Source: Pseudomonadota bacterium (GTDB taxonomy: Bacteria; Pseudomonadota; Gammaproteobacteria; Pseudomonadales; Oleiphilaceae). Taken from it: DNA of 64,000 bases. Shown here one piece after another: positions 32,292 to 44,113 of the stretch; positions within the stretch are counted from its first letter, which is position 1, and the number at the start of each line of letters is the position of its first letter. The stretch covers positions 32,188 through 96,187 of the forward strand of contig JBNJJM010000009.1 in NCBI GenBank assembly GCA_051750305.1. The letters run 5' to 3'. The notes beneath the pieces were generated by a model that searched no databases, was not told the DNA's origin, and saw only the letters and a list, made by a program, of their open reading frames with translations. Both the position numbers and the translations under genes were made by a program.

Positions 32292-32367
32292 GCGGGAATA
32301 GCTCAGTTGGTAGAGCACAACCTTGCCAAGGTTGGGGTCGCGAGTTCGAATCTCGTTTCCCGCTCCA
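32292..32367 (+). tRNA. tRNA-Gly(GCC)
   Basis: GCGGGAATAGCTCAGTTGGTAGAGCACAACCTTGCCAAGGTTGGGGTCGCGAGTTCGAATCTCGTTTCCCGCTCCA, 76 nt. Confidence 0.98.
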
Positions 32368-32374
32368 TATTCCG

Positions 32375-32410
32375 GAAACCCGGCCCTTAAAACGGCCGGG
32401 TTTCTTCGTT
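32375..32410 (+). terminator. Probable intrinsic terminator after tRNA-Gly
   Basis: GAAACCCGGCC-CTTAAAAC-GGCCGGGTTTC followed by TTCGTTT. Confidence 0.7.
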
Positions 32411-32499
32411 TCCGGGCCAGCCAATTTCCGCGCTTCCGGGGTGAACTCGGGTATACTCTGTGCCCGTGCTTTTCATTTCCGCTGCCCGTGGGAGCCATT

Positions 32500-33294
32500 G
32501 TGCGAGTCCATTCCCTGTTTCTCTACCCGGTCAAATCGCTTGCCGGGATCCCGGTGTCTTCGTTTGCCATGGACGATTTCGGCCCGCAGGGGGATCGTCG
32601 CTGGATGATTGTCGACAGCGAACGTCAGTTTGTCACCCAGCGTAATTATCCGGAGCTGGCACGGGTTGCCACCTCGATGGAGCGGGAGTGTGTTACGGTG
32701 GCTATCCCCGGTGAGGGTGAGTTCCGGTTGCAGGCGACTGACACAGGGGTTCGTGTCAGGGTGTGGCGGGACTGGGTGAAGGCCACCTGCGGGGCCGAAG
32801 CCGCATCGGCGGCGTTGAGCCGTTTCTGTGGTATTGACGTCCGGTTTGTGTATATGCCCGGGAATAGCTTTCGCAGGGTGGATGCCGGGCGCGTTTCTGA
32901 CGCACGGCGCGTGAGTTTTGCAGATGGTTTTCCGTTCCTGGTAACTAATCTGGCCTCCCTTGAGGAGCTGAACCGGCGTCTGCCGGCGCCCGTCGGCATG
33001 AGCCGGTTCCGCCCCAACATTGTGGTGGAGGGCGCTGAACCCTGGCAGGAGGATCACTGGCGTGAACTGCTCATTGGCCAGCGCTCATTCAGCCTTGTCA
33101 AACCCTGTTCACGGTGTGTGATGACGACTGTGGATCCGCTCACCGGCGTGAAGGACGCAGGCCTGCAACCACTCAGAACTCTCGGTCAGTATCGACGCAC
33201 AGCCGACGGCGTCATCTTCGGCATGAATGCCATTCACGAATCACCGGGTCGGATCAGTGTTGGCGACCCGGTCATCAACAGAATCACGGAGTAA
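32500..33294 (+). CDS. MOSC domain protein (YcbX/mARC-like, no ferredoxin domain)
   Basis: LYPVKS, DRRWMIVD, FADGFP, RFRPNIVV, KPCSRC. GTG start at 32500 after GGAG; the ORF-track start lies inside the tRNA. Confidence 0.92.
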   Translation: MRVHSLFLYPVKSLAGIPVSSFAMDDFGPQGDRRWMIVDSERQFVTQRNYPELARVATSMERECVTVAIPGEGEFRLQATDTGVRVRVWRDWVKATCGAEAASAALSRFCGIDVRFVYMPGNSFRRVDAGRVSDARRVSFADGFPFLVTNLASLEELNRRLPAPVGMSRFRPNIVVEGAEPWQEDHWRELLIGQRSFSLVKPCSRCVMTTVDPLTGVKDAGLQPLRTLGQYRRTADGVIFGMNAIHESPGRISVGDPVINRITE

Positions 33295-33300
33295 CATCAG

Positions 33301-35229
33301 GTGCCATTGTTATCGCTGGATGCCATTTCCCTGGCTTTTGGTATGCAGCCTTTGCTGGATCATGCCGCCCTGAACATTGAGGCAGGGGAACGGGTGTGTC
33401 TGCTGGGCCGGAACGGAGAAGGAAAATCTACGCTGCTGAAGATTGTCAGCGGCGAAGTCACCCCCGATGGCGGCGTGGTTCGCCTGGACGAGGGTGCGGT
33501 GCTGGCGGTGCTGCCGCAGAACCTTCCGGCTGATGACGACCGCACGGCCTACGAGGCCGTTGCCAGTGCATTTCCCGAAACCGGCGAGTTGCTGGCCCGC
33601 TTTCACACTTTGTCCCAGCAGGCCGACGAGGCAAGCCTGGAGGAGTTGATGAATGTCCAGGAGCGCCTGGAGGCGCTGGACGGCTGGCGGCTGGACCAGA
33701 AAGTCAGCGCCATTCTCGCCCAGTACCGGGTTGATCCCGAGCAGCGACTGAACACGCTGTCCGGCGGCTGGCAGCGCAGGGTGTTACTGGCGAAAGCTCT
33801 GGTGGCGGAGCCTGATATTCTTTTGCTCGACGAGCCCACAAACCATCTGGATGTCCCGGCGATCGCCTGGCTGGAAGAGGCGCTCGGCCAGTTCCGGGGC
33901 GCGATGCTGTTTGTCAGTCACGACCGCGCCTTCATTCGCAGCATGGCAACCCGGATTGTGGAGCTGGACCGCGGAAAGTTGGTCAGTTTTTCAGCGACGT
34001 ACGACAAGTATCTGGAGTTGAAGGAAAAAGCGCTGGAGGAAGAGGAACGCCAGAATGCGCTTTTCGACAAGCGTCTCAAGCAGGAAGAAGCCTGGATTCG
34101 CCAGGGCATCAAGGCACGGCGAACCCGCAACATGGGGCGGGTCAGGGCGCTGAAGGCGATGCGGGAAGAGCACCGTCAGCGGCGCGTTCGCGGCGGAACG
34201 GCAAGTTTTGCGGTCGAGGACGCCGCCCGCTCCGGCAAGCTGGTTGTTGAAGCGCGGGACGCCGGGTTCCGCTATCCGGATGGTTGTCCGGTGATCAGTG
34301 ACATGAACCTGACCATCTTGCGGGGTGACAAAATCGGGCTGGTGGGTGAGAACGGCACCGGCAAAACCACGCTGGTCAGGCTGTTGCTCGGGGATCTGAA
34401 ACCGACCGAAGGCAGCATCCGGCTTGGCACCAACCTGGAGGTGGCTTACTTCGATCAGCTCCGGGGCGAGCTGGATCTGGAGCGCAATGCGCTCGACAAC
34501 CTGTCCGAAGGGCGGGAGTTCATCGAGATCAATGGTCAGAGCAAGCACGTGCTGGGCTACCTGCAGGAGTTCCTGTTCAGTCCGCAACGAGCGCGTTCGC
34601 CGGTCAGCGTTTTCTCCGGCGGGGAACGAGCACGACTGTTGCTGGCGAAACTGTTCAGTAAGCCGGCCAATATCCTGGTGCTGGATGAGCCCACCAACGA
34701 CCTTGATGTGGAAACGCTGGAATTGCTTGAAGCGCAGCTGGTGGAATTCAAGGGCACGGTAATTGTGATCAGTCACGATCGGGAGTTTCTGGACAACGTC
34801 GTGACCGATACCATTTTCCTCGATGGCAGTGGCGCTGTGCGGGAATACGTTGGCGGGTACACCGACTGGCGACGCCAGGGCGGCGCGTTCCCGGCTGAGC
34901 AGAAAACAGTGCGGCCGGAAAAGCCGGCAAAGCCTCAGAAGGCAGTGGAACCGGAAAAGAAAAATGCCGGGGCTGTGGCCGAATCCACAAAAACGAAACC
35001 GGTTAAACTCAGTTACAAGCTTAAGCTTGAGCTTGAGGAATTACCGGGCAAAATTGAGGCTCTGGAGAATGAGATCGCTGCGTTACAGGCGAAAATTTCT
35101 GACCCGGAATTTTATTCAGGCCCACCGAACGAAGTCTCGGCTACTCTGGAAGCGTTGACGGAGACGGAATCCCGTCTGGAGCAGGTTATCGAGCGGTGGA
35201 TGGACCTGGAAGAACAGGCCAATCAATGA
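33301..35229 (+). CDS. uup: ABC-F ATPase Uup
   Basis: Two ABC domains (GRNGEGKST, LSGGW, LLLDEPTNHLD; GENGTGKT, SGGERAR), EEAWIRQGIKARRTRNMGRV linker, C-terminal KLSYK coiled coil. Confidence 0.93.
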   Translation: MPLLSLDAISLAFGMQPLLDHAALNIEAGERVCLLGRNGEGKSTLLKIVSGEVTPDGGVVRLDEGAVLAVLPQNLPADDDRTAYEAVASAFPETGELLARFHTLSQQADEASLEELMNVQERLEALDGWRLDQKVSAILAQYRVDPEQRLNTLSGGWQRRVLLAKALVAEPDILLLDEPTNHLDVPAIAWLEEALGQFRGAMLFVSHDRAFIRSMATRIVELDRGKLVSFSATYDKYLELKEKALEEEERQNALFDKRLKQEEAWIRQGIKARRTRNMGRVRALKAMREEHRQRRVRGGTASFAVEDAARSGKLVVEARDAGFRYPDGCPVISDMNLTILRGDKIGLVGENGTGKTTLVRLLLGDLKPTEGSIRLGTNLEVAYFDQLRGELDLERNALDNLSEGREFIEINGQSKHVLGYLQEFLFSPQRARSPVSVFSGGERARLLLAKLFSKPANILVLDEPTNDLDVETLELLEAQLVEFKGTVIVISHDREFLDNVVTDTIFLDGSGAVREYVGGYTDWRRQGGAFPAEQKTVRPEKPAKPQKAVEPEKKNAGAVAESTKTKPVKLSYKLKLELEELPGKIEALENEIAALQAKISDPEFYSGPPNEVSATLEALTETESRLEQVIERWMDLEEQANQ

Positions 35230-35894
35230 ACGTTAACTACAATTTCAAGTTTCAGGATGGGCGGCAGGTGGAGTTCAGGGTCACTGACCAGCCTGCCCAA
35301 GTCGTATCCCCGTTGCCTTCGTGGACGCGCCTGGAGCACTGCCAGTGCTCCAACTGTCCGCTCAAGCCGGCAGATTCCCCTAATTGCCCCGCCGCTACCG
35401 AGATTCTTCCGGTGGTCAACGAGTTCCAGGCCGAGGATGCGTACCAGAAGGTCGAGGTGTCGGTCACTGACGATCGCCGCACCTATTCCAAGAGCACAGC
35501 GCTGGAGGAGGCTCTGCGATCGCTGTTGGGGCTGAAAATGGCGACCAGCGGTTGCCCGGTGCTGGGTGAGCTCAAACCAATGGCAGTGCACCACCTGCCG
35601 TTCGCCAGTACCGATGAGTTCATCATGCGCAGTGTGTCCCATTACCTGCTTCAGCAATACTTTGCCAAACGCAACCATCGGGAACCCGACTGGGAGCTCA
35701 AAGGGTTGGTAGAGCGGAATCAGCGTCTGCAACTGGTCAATCAGGCCCTTTGGCAGCGCATTCACTCCGTCTGTAAAGGCGACAGCAACCTCAAAGCGCT
35801 GCTCAATTTCTTTTCGATGGCCTCCAGTGTCAGTTTTTCGCTGGAAAGTCAGTTGCGAAAACTGGAAAGCAAGATGGAAGGCGGCGCTGAATAG
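35226..35894 (+). CDS. Conserved Cys-rich hypothetical protein (DUF6901-like)
   Basis: ATGA overlap with the uup stop. WTRLEHCQCSNCP...CP, MATSGCPVLGELKPMA..HLPFAS. Family name from recall. Confidence 0.75.
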   Translation: MNVNYNFKFQDGRQVEFRVTDQPAQVVSPLPSWTRLEHCQCSNCPLKPADSPNCPAATEILPVVNEFQAEDAYQKVEVSVTDDRRTYSKSTALEEALRSLLGLKMATSGCPVLGELKPMAVHHLPFASTDEFIMRSVSHYLLQQYFAKRNHREPDWELKGLVERNQRLQLVNQALWQRIHSVCKGDSNLKALLNFFSMASSVSFSLESQLRKLESKMEGGAE

Positions 35895-35947
35895 CACCTG
35901 ACACGTGGGACCCGGCTCGCTTTCACTCGAACCGGGGTTCCGCGGAA

Positions 35948-36379
35948 TCAGTGGATGCGCACAGCGAGCACGTCGCACTCGGTGCCATGCAGGACACCGT
36001 TGGCGGTTGAGCCAAGCAGTAACTGAAAGCCCTTGCGCCCGTGGCTGCCAACAATCACCAGATCCACGCTGTGTTCCTTGGCGAGCCGATGGATTTCCGA
36101 CTCAGGCCTGCCAACGGTGACGATCTGGTGCTCTTTACTAACGCCGTACTGGTCACCATAAGCCGTGAGCTGCTCGTGGGCGGCCTTGTCGAGCTGATCC
36201 TGGAGCTCCGTCAGATCCATCGGGATGTCACCACCGTAGGCGTAACCCACGGGTTCAACCACATGGACCAGAAGCAGCTGGGCACCGTGGGCCTTGCTGA
36301 CCTCCATTGCCTTGTTCAATACCTGTGGCGCTTCCTCGGTGAGGTCTATGGCAACCAGCATTTTCTGATAAGTCGACAT
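35948..36379 (-). CDS. Universal stress protein (UspA family)
   Basis: YQKMLVAIDL, DLVIVGSHGRKG..LLLGSTANGVLH...CDVLAVR. Confidence 0.95.
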   Translation of the reverse strand: MSTYQKMLVAIDLTEEAPQVLNKAMEVSKAHGAQLLLVHVVEPVGYAYGGDIPMDLTELQDQLDKAAHEQLTAYGDQYGVSKEHQIVTVGRPESEIHRLAKEHSVDLVIVGSHGRKGFQLLLGSTANGVLHGTECDVLAVRIH

Positions 36380-36430
36380 CGCATTGCTCCTTCGCGAACA
36401 GAGTGTTTTTTACAGCATAACAATGAAATC

Positions 36431-36472
36431 AGGATAGTCGAGCAGGTTGACCGCGGTAGTGATCGGTATCAA
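36431..36472 (-). promoter_or_regulatory. Putative FNR/Anr class II promoter of the usp gene
   Basis: GTGAT-CGGT-ATCAA (36459-36472, one mismatch). Minus-strand -10 TATCCT at 36436-36431 gives -41.5 spacing. Confidence 0.7.
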
Positions 36473-36537
36473 GAACCGAAGCGGTCTGGCAGGCGCGGAG
36501 TGGGAGGTCGGGGCCGCCGGAACGCGGCCCCGGACAA

Positions 36538-37356
36538 TCAGGCGTTGGCCTGCAGCAGCTCGATCGTGGTGGAGAGCCCCTGAAGGATACCTTTGGAATA
36601 ACGGTCAATCACGAACGACACGTTGTTGTCGTTGTAGTTGATGTAGGAGCCGCGGATAAACTGCCACTTGGAAGATACATCGTCCAGGGCGGATTTCAGC
36701 TGACCCTCACTTGCGCCCTTGGTGATCTCTCCGAGCAGCGTATCGAACTCAAGCGCTTGTTGATCAAGCGACTTGTCGCTGGAGGAGCCCTGAAACGTCT
36801 GCGATACCGTGGAGTGGGTCCGGGCCGAGTATTTGGCCATCATCTGTGCCAGGGTAATGGCGGCCGATCGGGCCGCTTCCACGCGCGGGCTGGTGGAGGT
36901 TTCACTGCTTTCCTGGGCGATCTGGTACAACTCTGTGGCCATTTCGCTGATTGTTGTTGCCTGGTTCGCCATGTCGGACACCAGGCGCAGATCCGGATAA
37001 CCAGTGTTGCGCACGTCGTTGATGTTGTCGCGCATCAGGTTCTTGAAGGTGTCGAACTCCTGATTGAGAGACTCCACTTCATCATCGCTGAGGACGTCAG
37101 CGGTGCTTTCGGCCAGATCGTTCATCGAGGTGTTTGCCATGTTGATACTGCCGACAATTTCGTTGAGGGTGTCCGTATCGCCATTGGCACTGAAACGGTA
37201 ATAGGCATCCAGGGCCAGATAGTTGCTGACGCGGAAGCTGTGCAGATCCGCAAGAAATCCGTCTCCGGTTTCTTCTGCCCGGGCCGTGAGGGAGGTAAGG
37301 GCAAGCAGAATCAGGGCTGCCACCAGTGAGCGTACCCGCAGGCGAGCGTCTTTCAT
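36538..37356 (-). CDS. Hypothetical exported all-helical protein
   Basis: Signal peptide ending ARA|EE, amphipathic helices, no stop for 272 aa. Divergent from fadBA. Confidence 0.8.
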   Translation of the reverse strand: MKDARLRVRSLVAALILLALTSLTARAEETGDGFLADLHSFRVSNYLALDAYYRFSANGDTDTLNEIVGSINMANTSMNDLAESTADVLSDDEVESLNQEFDTFKNLMRDNINDVRNTGYPDLRLVSDMANQATTISEMATELYQIAQESSETSTSPRVEAARSAAITLAQMMAKYSARTHSTVSQTFQGSSSDKSLDQQALEFDTLLGEITKGASEGQLKSALDDVSSKWQFIRGSYINYNDNNVSFVIDRYSKGILQGLSTTIELLQANA

Positions 37357-37658
37357 CGGATATGTCTCCGTACATGGGTGTTATTATTGTGGACTAAAGT
37401 CTCAAACCGAAGGTAAAGTAACTGGGCCGACCGATCAAGCGGTTTTACAGCCTGCACCCCGGGCAATTGTAAAGAACTGACAAATTTGCGTGACGAAGTT
37501 CCGGTTTCTTGGTCGGGCCCGGATGTACCGCACTGAAAAAACAACAAATCCCCATAACGAACTTCCCGGTGCCTTCACGGAGAGTGAAGAATTTTGCGCC
37601 GTTTCTTCCAGAAACAAATTGACAAATGAGCCGTTTTTTTTCATCGTGTGCCCTCCCG

Positions 37659-37678
37659 ATTCAAACGACTGTATGAAT
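37659..37678. promoter_or_regulatory. PsrA-like operator upstream of fadBA
   Basis: ATTCAAACGACTGTATGAAT, a near-perfect palindrome matching the CAAAC-N4-GTTTG-type PsrA consensus with one mismatch, downstream of TTGACA (37619-37624). Confidence 0.65.
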
Positions 37679-37796
37679 TTTGAATCGATTTATCGGGCAG
37701 TGACCGAAATCTCGCTGCATCCGCAGGCGTTCGTCAACTTCGTGTAACAGGCGGAACGTTTGCAGGCAGTTCCAAACACAGACTGGAGATCAGTTG

Positions 37797-39944
37797 ATGA
37801 TTTACGAAGGTAAAGCCATCACGGTTAAAGAGATCGAAGGCGGGATCGCTCAGTTGGACTTTGACTTGCAGGGCGAGTCTGTCAACAAGTTCAACCGTCT
37901 CACCATCGAAGAACTGGGCGCCGCAGCTGACGCACTCAAATCCCAGAAGAACCTGAAGGGCCTGGTAGTCACCAGTTCCAAGGACAGTTTCATTGTCGGT
38001 GCTGATATCACCGAGTTTACCGAGCTGTTTGCCGGTTCCGAAGAAGACCTCGTTGCCAACAACCTGAAGGCAAACGATGTGTTCAACGCTATCGAAGACC
38101 TGCCATTCCCCACCGTTACCGCGATCAACGGTATTGCGCTGGGCGGTGGTTTCGAGATGTGTCTGGCCACTGACTACCGTGTTATGGCGCCGAAGGCCAA
38201 GGTAGGGCTGCCAGAGGTCAAGCTTGGCATTTTCCCGGGCTTCGGTGGCACTGTGCGCCTGTCCCGTTTGGTGGGTGTGGATAACGCCATCGAATGGATC
38301 AGTGGCGGTACCGAGAACCGCGCTGATGCAGCGTTGAAAGTAGGTGCAGTTGACGCTGTAGTCGAAGCCGACAAGCTGGTAGCGGCTGCCGTTGCAATCA
38401 TTGAACAGTGCAACGAAGGCAAGCTGGACAACAAAGCCCGTCGCGAAGAAAAGAAAGGCAAGATCAAGCTCAATGCCATGGAAAGCATGATGGCGTTCGA
38501 GATCTCCAAGGCGTTCGTCGCTGGCAAGGCTGGCAAGAACTACCCGGCGCCGGTGGAAGCCATCAAGACCATGCAGAAGCATGCCGGCATGACCCGTGAC
38601 AAGGCCATCGAGGTTGAAGCCAAAGGTTTTGCCAAAATGGCCAAGACCAACGTCGCGGCTTGTCTGGTGGGTCTGTTCCTGAACGATCAGGCACTCAAGA
38701 AGAAAGCCAGTGCCTGGGAGAAAGAAGCCAACGATGTGAAACTGGCAGCGGTTCTGGGCGCCGGTATCATGGGTGGTGGCGTGGCTTATCAGTCGGCACT
38801 GAAGGGCACCCCCATCATCATGAAGGACATCAACCAGGACGGTATCGCCCTGGGTCTGAAGGAAGCCAAGAAGCTTCTGTCCAAGCGTGTTGATAAGGGC
38901 AAGATGGACGCCGGCAAGATGGCCGACGTACTCAACAGCATTACTCCGACCCTGAACTACGGTGATTTCAAGAACGTAGACCTGGTAGTCGAAGCGGTTG
39001 TCGAGAACCCGAAAGTGAAGGATGCGGTGCTTCGTGAGACCGAGGATGCCGTTCGCGAAGACGCGATTCTGACTTCCAACACCTCCACCATTTCCATCGA
39101 TCTTCTGGCCAAGAACCTGAAGCGTCCGGAAAACTTCTGTGGCATGCACTTCTTCAACCCGGTGCACATGATGCCTCTGGTTGAGGTTATCCGTGGCGAG
39201 AAGACCTCAGATCGTGCGATCGCTACCACCGTTGCCTACGCCAAGGCCATGGGCAAGACGCCGATCGTTGTCAACGATTGCCCGGGCTTCCTGGTCAACC
39301 GTGTTCTGTTTCCGTATTTCGGCGGTTTTGTGAACCTCGTGCGTGACGGCGCCGACTTCCAGCAAGTCGACAAAGTCATGGAAAAGTTTGGCTGGCCCAT
39401 GGGTCCGGCGTACCTGCTGGACGTGGTTGGCATGGATACCGGCAAGCACGCGGGTGAAGTAATGGCCGAAGGCTTCCCGGACCGGATGAAGCATGAAGGC
39501 ACCACCGCCATTGACGTGATGTTCGATAACAACCGTTACGGACAGAAGAACGACAAGGGCTTCTACAAGTATGAACTGGACCGCAAGGGCAAGCAGAAGA
39601 AGGTTGTCGACGAAGAGACCTACAAGCTGCTTGAACCGGTTGTTCAGGGTAAGAACGACTTCAGCGAAGAAGACATCATCGCCCGTATGATGATTCCTCT
39701 GTGCCTGGAAACCGTTCGCTGCCTGGAAGACGGCATTGTCGAAGATCCGGCAGATGCTGATATGGGCCTGATCTTCGGCATCGGCTTCCCGCCGTTCCGT
39801 GGTGGCGCCCTGCGCTATATCGACGACATGGGTGTAGACAAGTTCGTCGAACTGGCAGACAAGTTTGCAGACCTCGGTGCTTTGTACCATCCGACCGAGA
39901 AGCTGCGTGAAATGGCCAAGACTGGCGAAAAGTTCTTTGGCTAA
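37797..39944 (+). CDS. fadB: Fatty acid oxidation complex subunit alpha
   Basis: Enoyl-CoA hydratase ([31 protein letters not shown]) plus 3-hydroxyacyl-CoA dehydrogenase ([19 protein letters not shown]). Confidence 0.97.
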   Translation: MIYEGKAITVKEIEGGIAQLDFDLQGESVNKFNRLTIEELGAAADALKSQKNLKGLVVTSSKDSFIVGADITEFTELFAGSEEDLVANNLKANDVFNAIEDLPFPTVTAINGIALGGGFEMCLATDYRVMAPKAKVGLPEVKLGIFPGFGGTVRLSRLVGVDNAIEWISGGTENRADAALKVGAVDAVVEADKLVAAAVAIIEQCNEGKLDNKARREEKKGKIKLNAMESMMAFEISKAFVAGKAGKNYPAPVEAIKTMQKHAGMTRDKAIEVEAKGFAKMAKTNVAACLVGLFLNDQALKKKASAWEKEANDVKLAAVLGAGIMGGGVAYQSALKGTPIIMKDINQDGIALGLKEAKKLLSKRVDKGKMDAGKMADVLNSITPTLNYGDFKNVDLVVEAVVENPKVKDAVLRETEDAVREDAILTSNTSTISIDLLAKNLKRPENFCGMHFFNPVHMMPLVEVIRGEKTSDRAIATTVAYAKAMGKTPIVVNDCPGFLVNRVLFPYFGGFVNLVRDGADFQQVDKVMEKFGWPMGPAYLLDVVGMDTGKHAGEVMAEGFPDRMKHEGTTAIDVMFDNNRYGQKNDKGFYKYELDRKGKQKKVVDEETYKLLEPVVQGKNDFSEEDIIARMMIPLCLETVRCLEDGIVEDPADADMGLIFGIGFPPFRGGALRYIDDMGVDKFVELADKFADLGALYHPTEKLREMAKTGEKFFG

Positions 39945-39950
39945 CCCTGA

Positions 39951-41153
<1,203 letters not shown>

Positions 41154-41183
41154 TTCGCTAGGCCGAATCGGTAACGCTTTCCT

Positions 41184-41215
41184 GAAGGCCCGGCAATTGC
41201 CGGGCCTTCCTGTTT
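41184..41215 (+). terminator. Probable terminator after fadA
   Basis: GAAGGCCCGGCA-AT-TGCCGGGCCTTC followed by CTGTTT. Confidence 0.65.
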
Positions 41216-41401
41216 ATGCTTCATTTAAAAAAAGCGGGTATGAATCCGAAGAATGGGTTGTCTTGCTTTTGTTGACCCTGTAAAACAATGCACCTATACA
41301 ATGCTCCGGCTATTCCGAGTTTTCTAGCCGACTGATTTTACAGCGAGTTTACGGTTTGCTGATTTATTAACCGATTATCGCCAAGGATACAGATCTCCGA
41401 T

Positions 41402-44038
41402 ATGGGTAAAAGTCTCGTTATTGTCGAGTCGCCTGCGAAAGCGAAGACCATCAACAAGTACCTGGGCTCAGACTTCATCGTCAAGTCGAGCGTTGGGCAC
41501 ATTCGTGATCTTCCGGTCAGTGGTAGTGGCTCTCAGTCAGATCCCAAAGAGCGCGCGAAACAGGCGGCGATAACGCGCAAGATGAGCCCGGACGAAAAGG
41601 CGGCTCACAAGAAGCGCAAAGCCCGCGAGCAGCTGGTGGCGCGGATGGGCGTCGATCCGGATCAGGACTGGAGCGCCCGCTACGAGATCCTGCCGGGCAA
41701 GGAGAAGGTTGTCAGTGAGCTCAAGCGCCTGGCGAAATCCGCAGATCATATCTACCTCGCGACGGATTTGGACCGTGAGGGTGAGGCGATTGCCTGGCAC
41801 CTTCAGCAAACCATTGGTGGTGAGCCGGACAAATACCGCCGCGTGGTGTTCAATGAAATCACCAAGCGGGCCATTCAGGCGGCGTTCGAGGATCCGGGTG
41901 CGCTCGACACCAACCGGGTGAATGCTCAGCAGGCGCGGCGCTTTCTCGACCGCGTTGTGGGTTACATGGTGTCGCCGCTGCTGTGGGCCAAGATTGCCCG
42001 TGGGTTGTCAGCTGGTCGTGTTCAGTCAGTCGCGGTACGGCTGATCGTCGAGCGTGAGCGCGAGATCCGCAAATTCATCCCCGAGGAATTCTGGCAGTTG
42101 CATGCCGATCTGGGAGCAAAGCAGGCCAAAGAGCCGGTTCGCTTCGAGGTGACCCGTTTTCAGGACAAGCCCTACCGCCCGGTTAACGAGCAACAGAGCA
42201 GCGAACACGTAGAGCGCCTGAAGGAAGGCTCGTTCCGTGTGGCCAAGCGGGAAGACAAGCCAACCAGGTCACGTCCCTCGGCACCGTTCATTACCTCGAC
42301 GCTGCAGCAGGCTGCGAGCAACCGCATGGGCTTCAGTGTCAAGAAGACCATGATGCTGGCCCAGCGGCTATACGAGGCCGGTTACATTACCTACATGCGA
42401 ACAGACTCAACCAACCTGAGTCAGGACGCGGTGGCCAGTTGCCGGGATTTCATCACGAAGCAGTTCGGCGATCGCTTCCTGCCGGAGAAGCCGCGGGTTT
42501 ATGGTAGCAAGGAAGGCGCTCAGGAAGCCCACGAAGCGATTCGGCCGACCGAAGTCAGTCGCAGGCCAGCCGATATAAGTGGTCTCGAGAAAGACGCTGA
42601 GAAGCTCTACGATCTGATCTGGCGACAGTTTATTGCCTGCCAGATGGCGGATGCGGAATTCCTGAGCACATCGATCGTGGTTGCCAACGGCGACTATGAG
42701 CTGCGCACCCGCGGCCGCATCATCAAGTTTGAGGGGTTTCTCAAGGCCGCGCCCCAGTCCGCCAAGAAAGACGAAGACGTGGCGCTACCGGACATCCAGG
42801 TCGATGAGACCCTCGATCTGGCCAGGCTCGATCCGACCCAGCACTTTACCAAACCCGCGCCGCGCTTCACGGAAGCCAGCCTGGTCAAGGAACTGGAAAA
42901 ACAGGGCATTGGTCGTCCGTCGACCTACGCTTCCATTATTTCCACGATTCAGGATCGCGGCTACGTCAGGCTCCAGAATCGACGTTTCTACGCCGAAAAG
43001 ATGGGTGAGATTGTCACTGAGCGGCTGTCCGAATCATTCCCGAACCTGATGGACTTCGATTTCACTGCGAAGATGGAGGATGAGCTCGACGATATCGCCG
43101 AAGGCGAGGTGCAGTGGAAGAAGGTCCTGAATGACTTCTACGGCCGCTTCCGCAAACAGCTCGAAACCGCCGAAAGCAGTGAGGACGGGGGGATGCGAGC
43201 CAATACTCCCACCGAAACCGACATTCCGTGCCCGACCTGCAGTCGCCCGATGCAGATACGCGTGGCCAGTACCGGGGTGTTTCTGGGCTGTTCCGGCTAT
43301 TCATTGCCACCCAAGGAACGCTGCAAGACCACTATTAACCTGGTGTCAGGGGATGAAGTGGTCAGTGCGGATGATGACGTGGAAGGTGAGGGCGAGTCTC
43401 GCTTGCTGCGCAAGAAGCGTCGTTGTCCGAAATGTGGCACTGCCATGGACAGCTATCTGGTGGACGAAGGCCGTAAACTCCATGTATGCGGCAATAACCC
43501 TGACTGCTCCGGGTTCGAAGTGGAAACCGGGACCTTCCGTATCAAGGGGTACGAAGGGCCGACGCTGGAGTGTGACAAGTGCGGCTCGGAGATGCAGCTG
43601 AAGACCGGTCGTTTCGGCAAGTACTTTGGCTGTACTAACAGCGAGTGCAAGAACACCCGCAAGCTGCTGAAGAGTGGCGAGCCGGCACCGCCCAAGATGG
43701 ATCCTGTGCCGATGCCGGAACTTCAGTGTCAGAAGGTAGACGACACCTACGTGCTGCGGGATGGTGCTTCTGGCCTCTTCCTGGCGGCCAGCAAGTTCCC
43801 CAAGAACCGGGAAACCCGGCCACCGCTGGTGATGGAGATCAAGCCGCATCGCAAGGAGATTGATCCGAAGTACGATTACCTGATGGACGCGCCAGAGCGT
43901 GACCCTGAGGGAAATCCGACGGTGATCCGCTTCAGCCGCAAGAGCAACGAGCAGTACGTCATGTCCGAAAAAGAGGGCAAGGCGACGGGCTGGTCTGCGT
44001 GGTATGTCAACGGAAAGTGGCAGCCCAAGGAGAAGTAG
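41402..44038 (+). CDS. topA: DNA topoisomerase I
   Basis: [29 protein letters not shown], catalytic [11 protein letters not shown]-terminal Zn ribbons. Confidence 0.98.
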   Translation: MGKSLVIVESPAKAKTINKYLGSDFIVKSSVGHIRDLPVSGSGSQSDPKERAKQAAITRKMSPDEKAAHKKRKAREQLVARMGVDPDQDWSARYEILPGKEKVVSELKRLAKSADHIYLATDLDREGEAIAWHLQQTIGGEPDKYRRVVFNEITKRAIQAAFEDPGALDTNRVNAQQARRFLDRVVGYMVSPLLWAKIARGLSAGRVQSVAVRLIVEREREIRKFIPEEFWQLHADLGAKQAKEPVRFEVTRFQDKPYRPVNEQQSSEHVERLKEGSFRVAKREDKPTRSRPSAPFITSTLQQAASNRMGFSVKKTMMLAQRLYEAGYITYMRTDSTNLSQDAVASCRDFITKQFGDRFLPEKPRVYGSKEGAQEAHEAIRPTEVSRRPADISGLEKDAEKLYDLIWRQFIACQMADAEFLSTSIVVANGDYELRTRGRIIKFEGFLKAAPQSAKKDEDVALPDIQVDETLDLARLDPTQHFTKPAPRFTEASLVKELEKQGIGRPSTYASIISTIQDRGYVRLQNRRFYAEKMGEIVTERLSESFPNLMDFDFTAKMEDELDDIAEGEVQWKKVLNDFYGRFRKQLETAESSEDGGMRANTPTETDIPCPTCSRPMQIRVASTGVFLGCSGYSLPPKERCKTTINLVSGDEVVSADDDVEGEGESRLLRKKRRCPKCGTAMDSYLVDEGRKLHVCGNNPDCSGFEVETGTFRIKGYEGPTLECDKCGSEMQLKTGRFGKYFGCTNSECKNTRKLLKSGEPAPPKMDPVPMPELQCQKVDDTYVLRDGASGLFLAASKFPKNRETRPPLVMEIKPHRKEIDPKYDYLMDAPERDPEGNPTVIRFSRKSNEQYVMSEKEGKATGWSAWYVNGKWQPKEK

Positions 44039-44113
44039 CCGGCGGGGCGCCCCTCATTGCGGTCCCTTTCTCGTGAGTGGAAGGGGGCCGCGAGCGGGGG
44101 CAGGGTATGACCG

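Noticed and set aside
32323-32499. N-terminal extensions given by the ORF track (MOSC from 32323; also sucA 50316, trpS 58262, rlmN 12549, suhB 8539, ackA 24826)
   Set aside because: They run through tRNA, promoter or neighbouring-gene sequence; downstream starts have RBSs and match family N-termini.
37535-37553. AAAAAACAACAAA tract resembling an Hfq/Crc (AANAANAA) site or a CrcZ-like sRNA
   Set aside because: Single copy, upstream of the predicted fadBA start site, with no associated terminator; CrcZ-type RNAs carry multiple copies.
37490-37747. 85-aa ORF in the fadB upstream region
   Set aside because: Crosses the promoter and operator elements, has atypical composition and no RBS.
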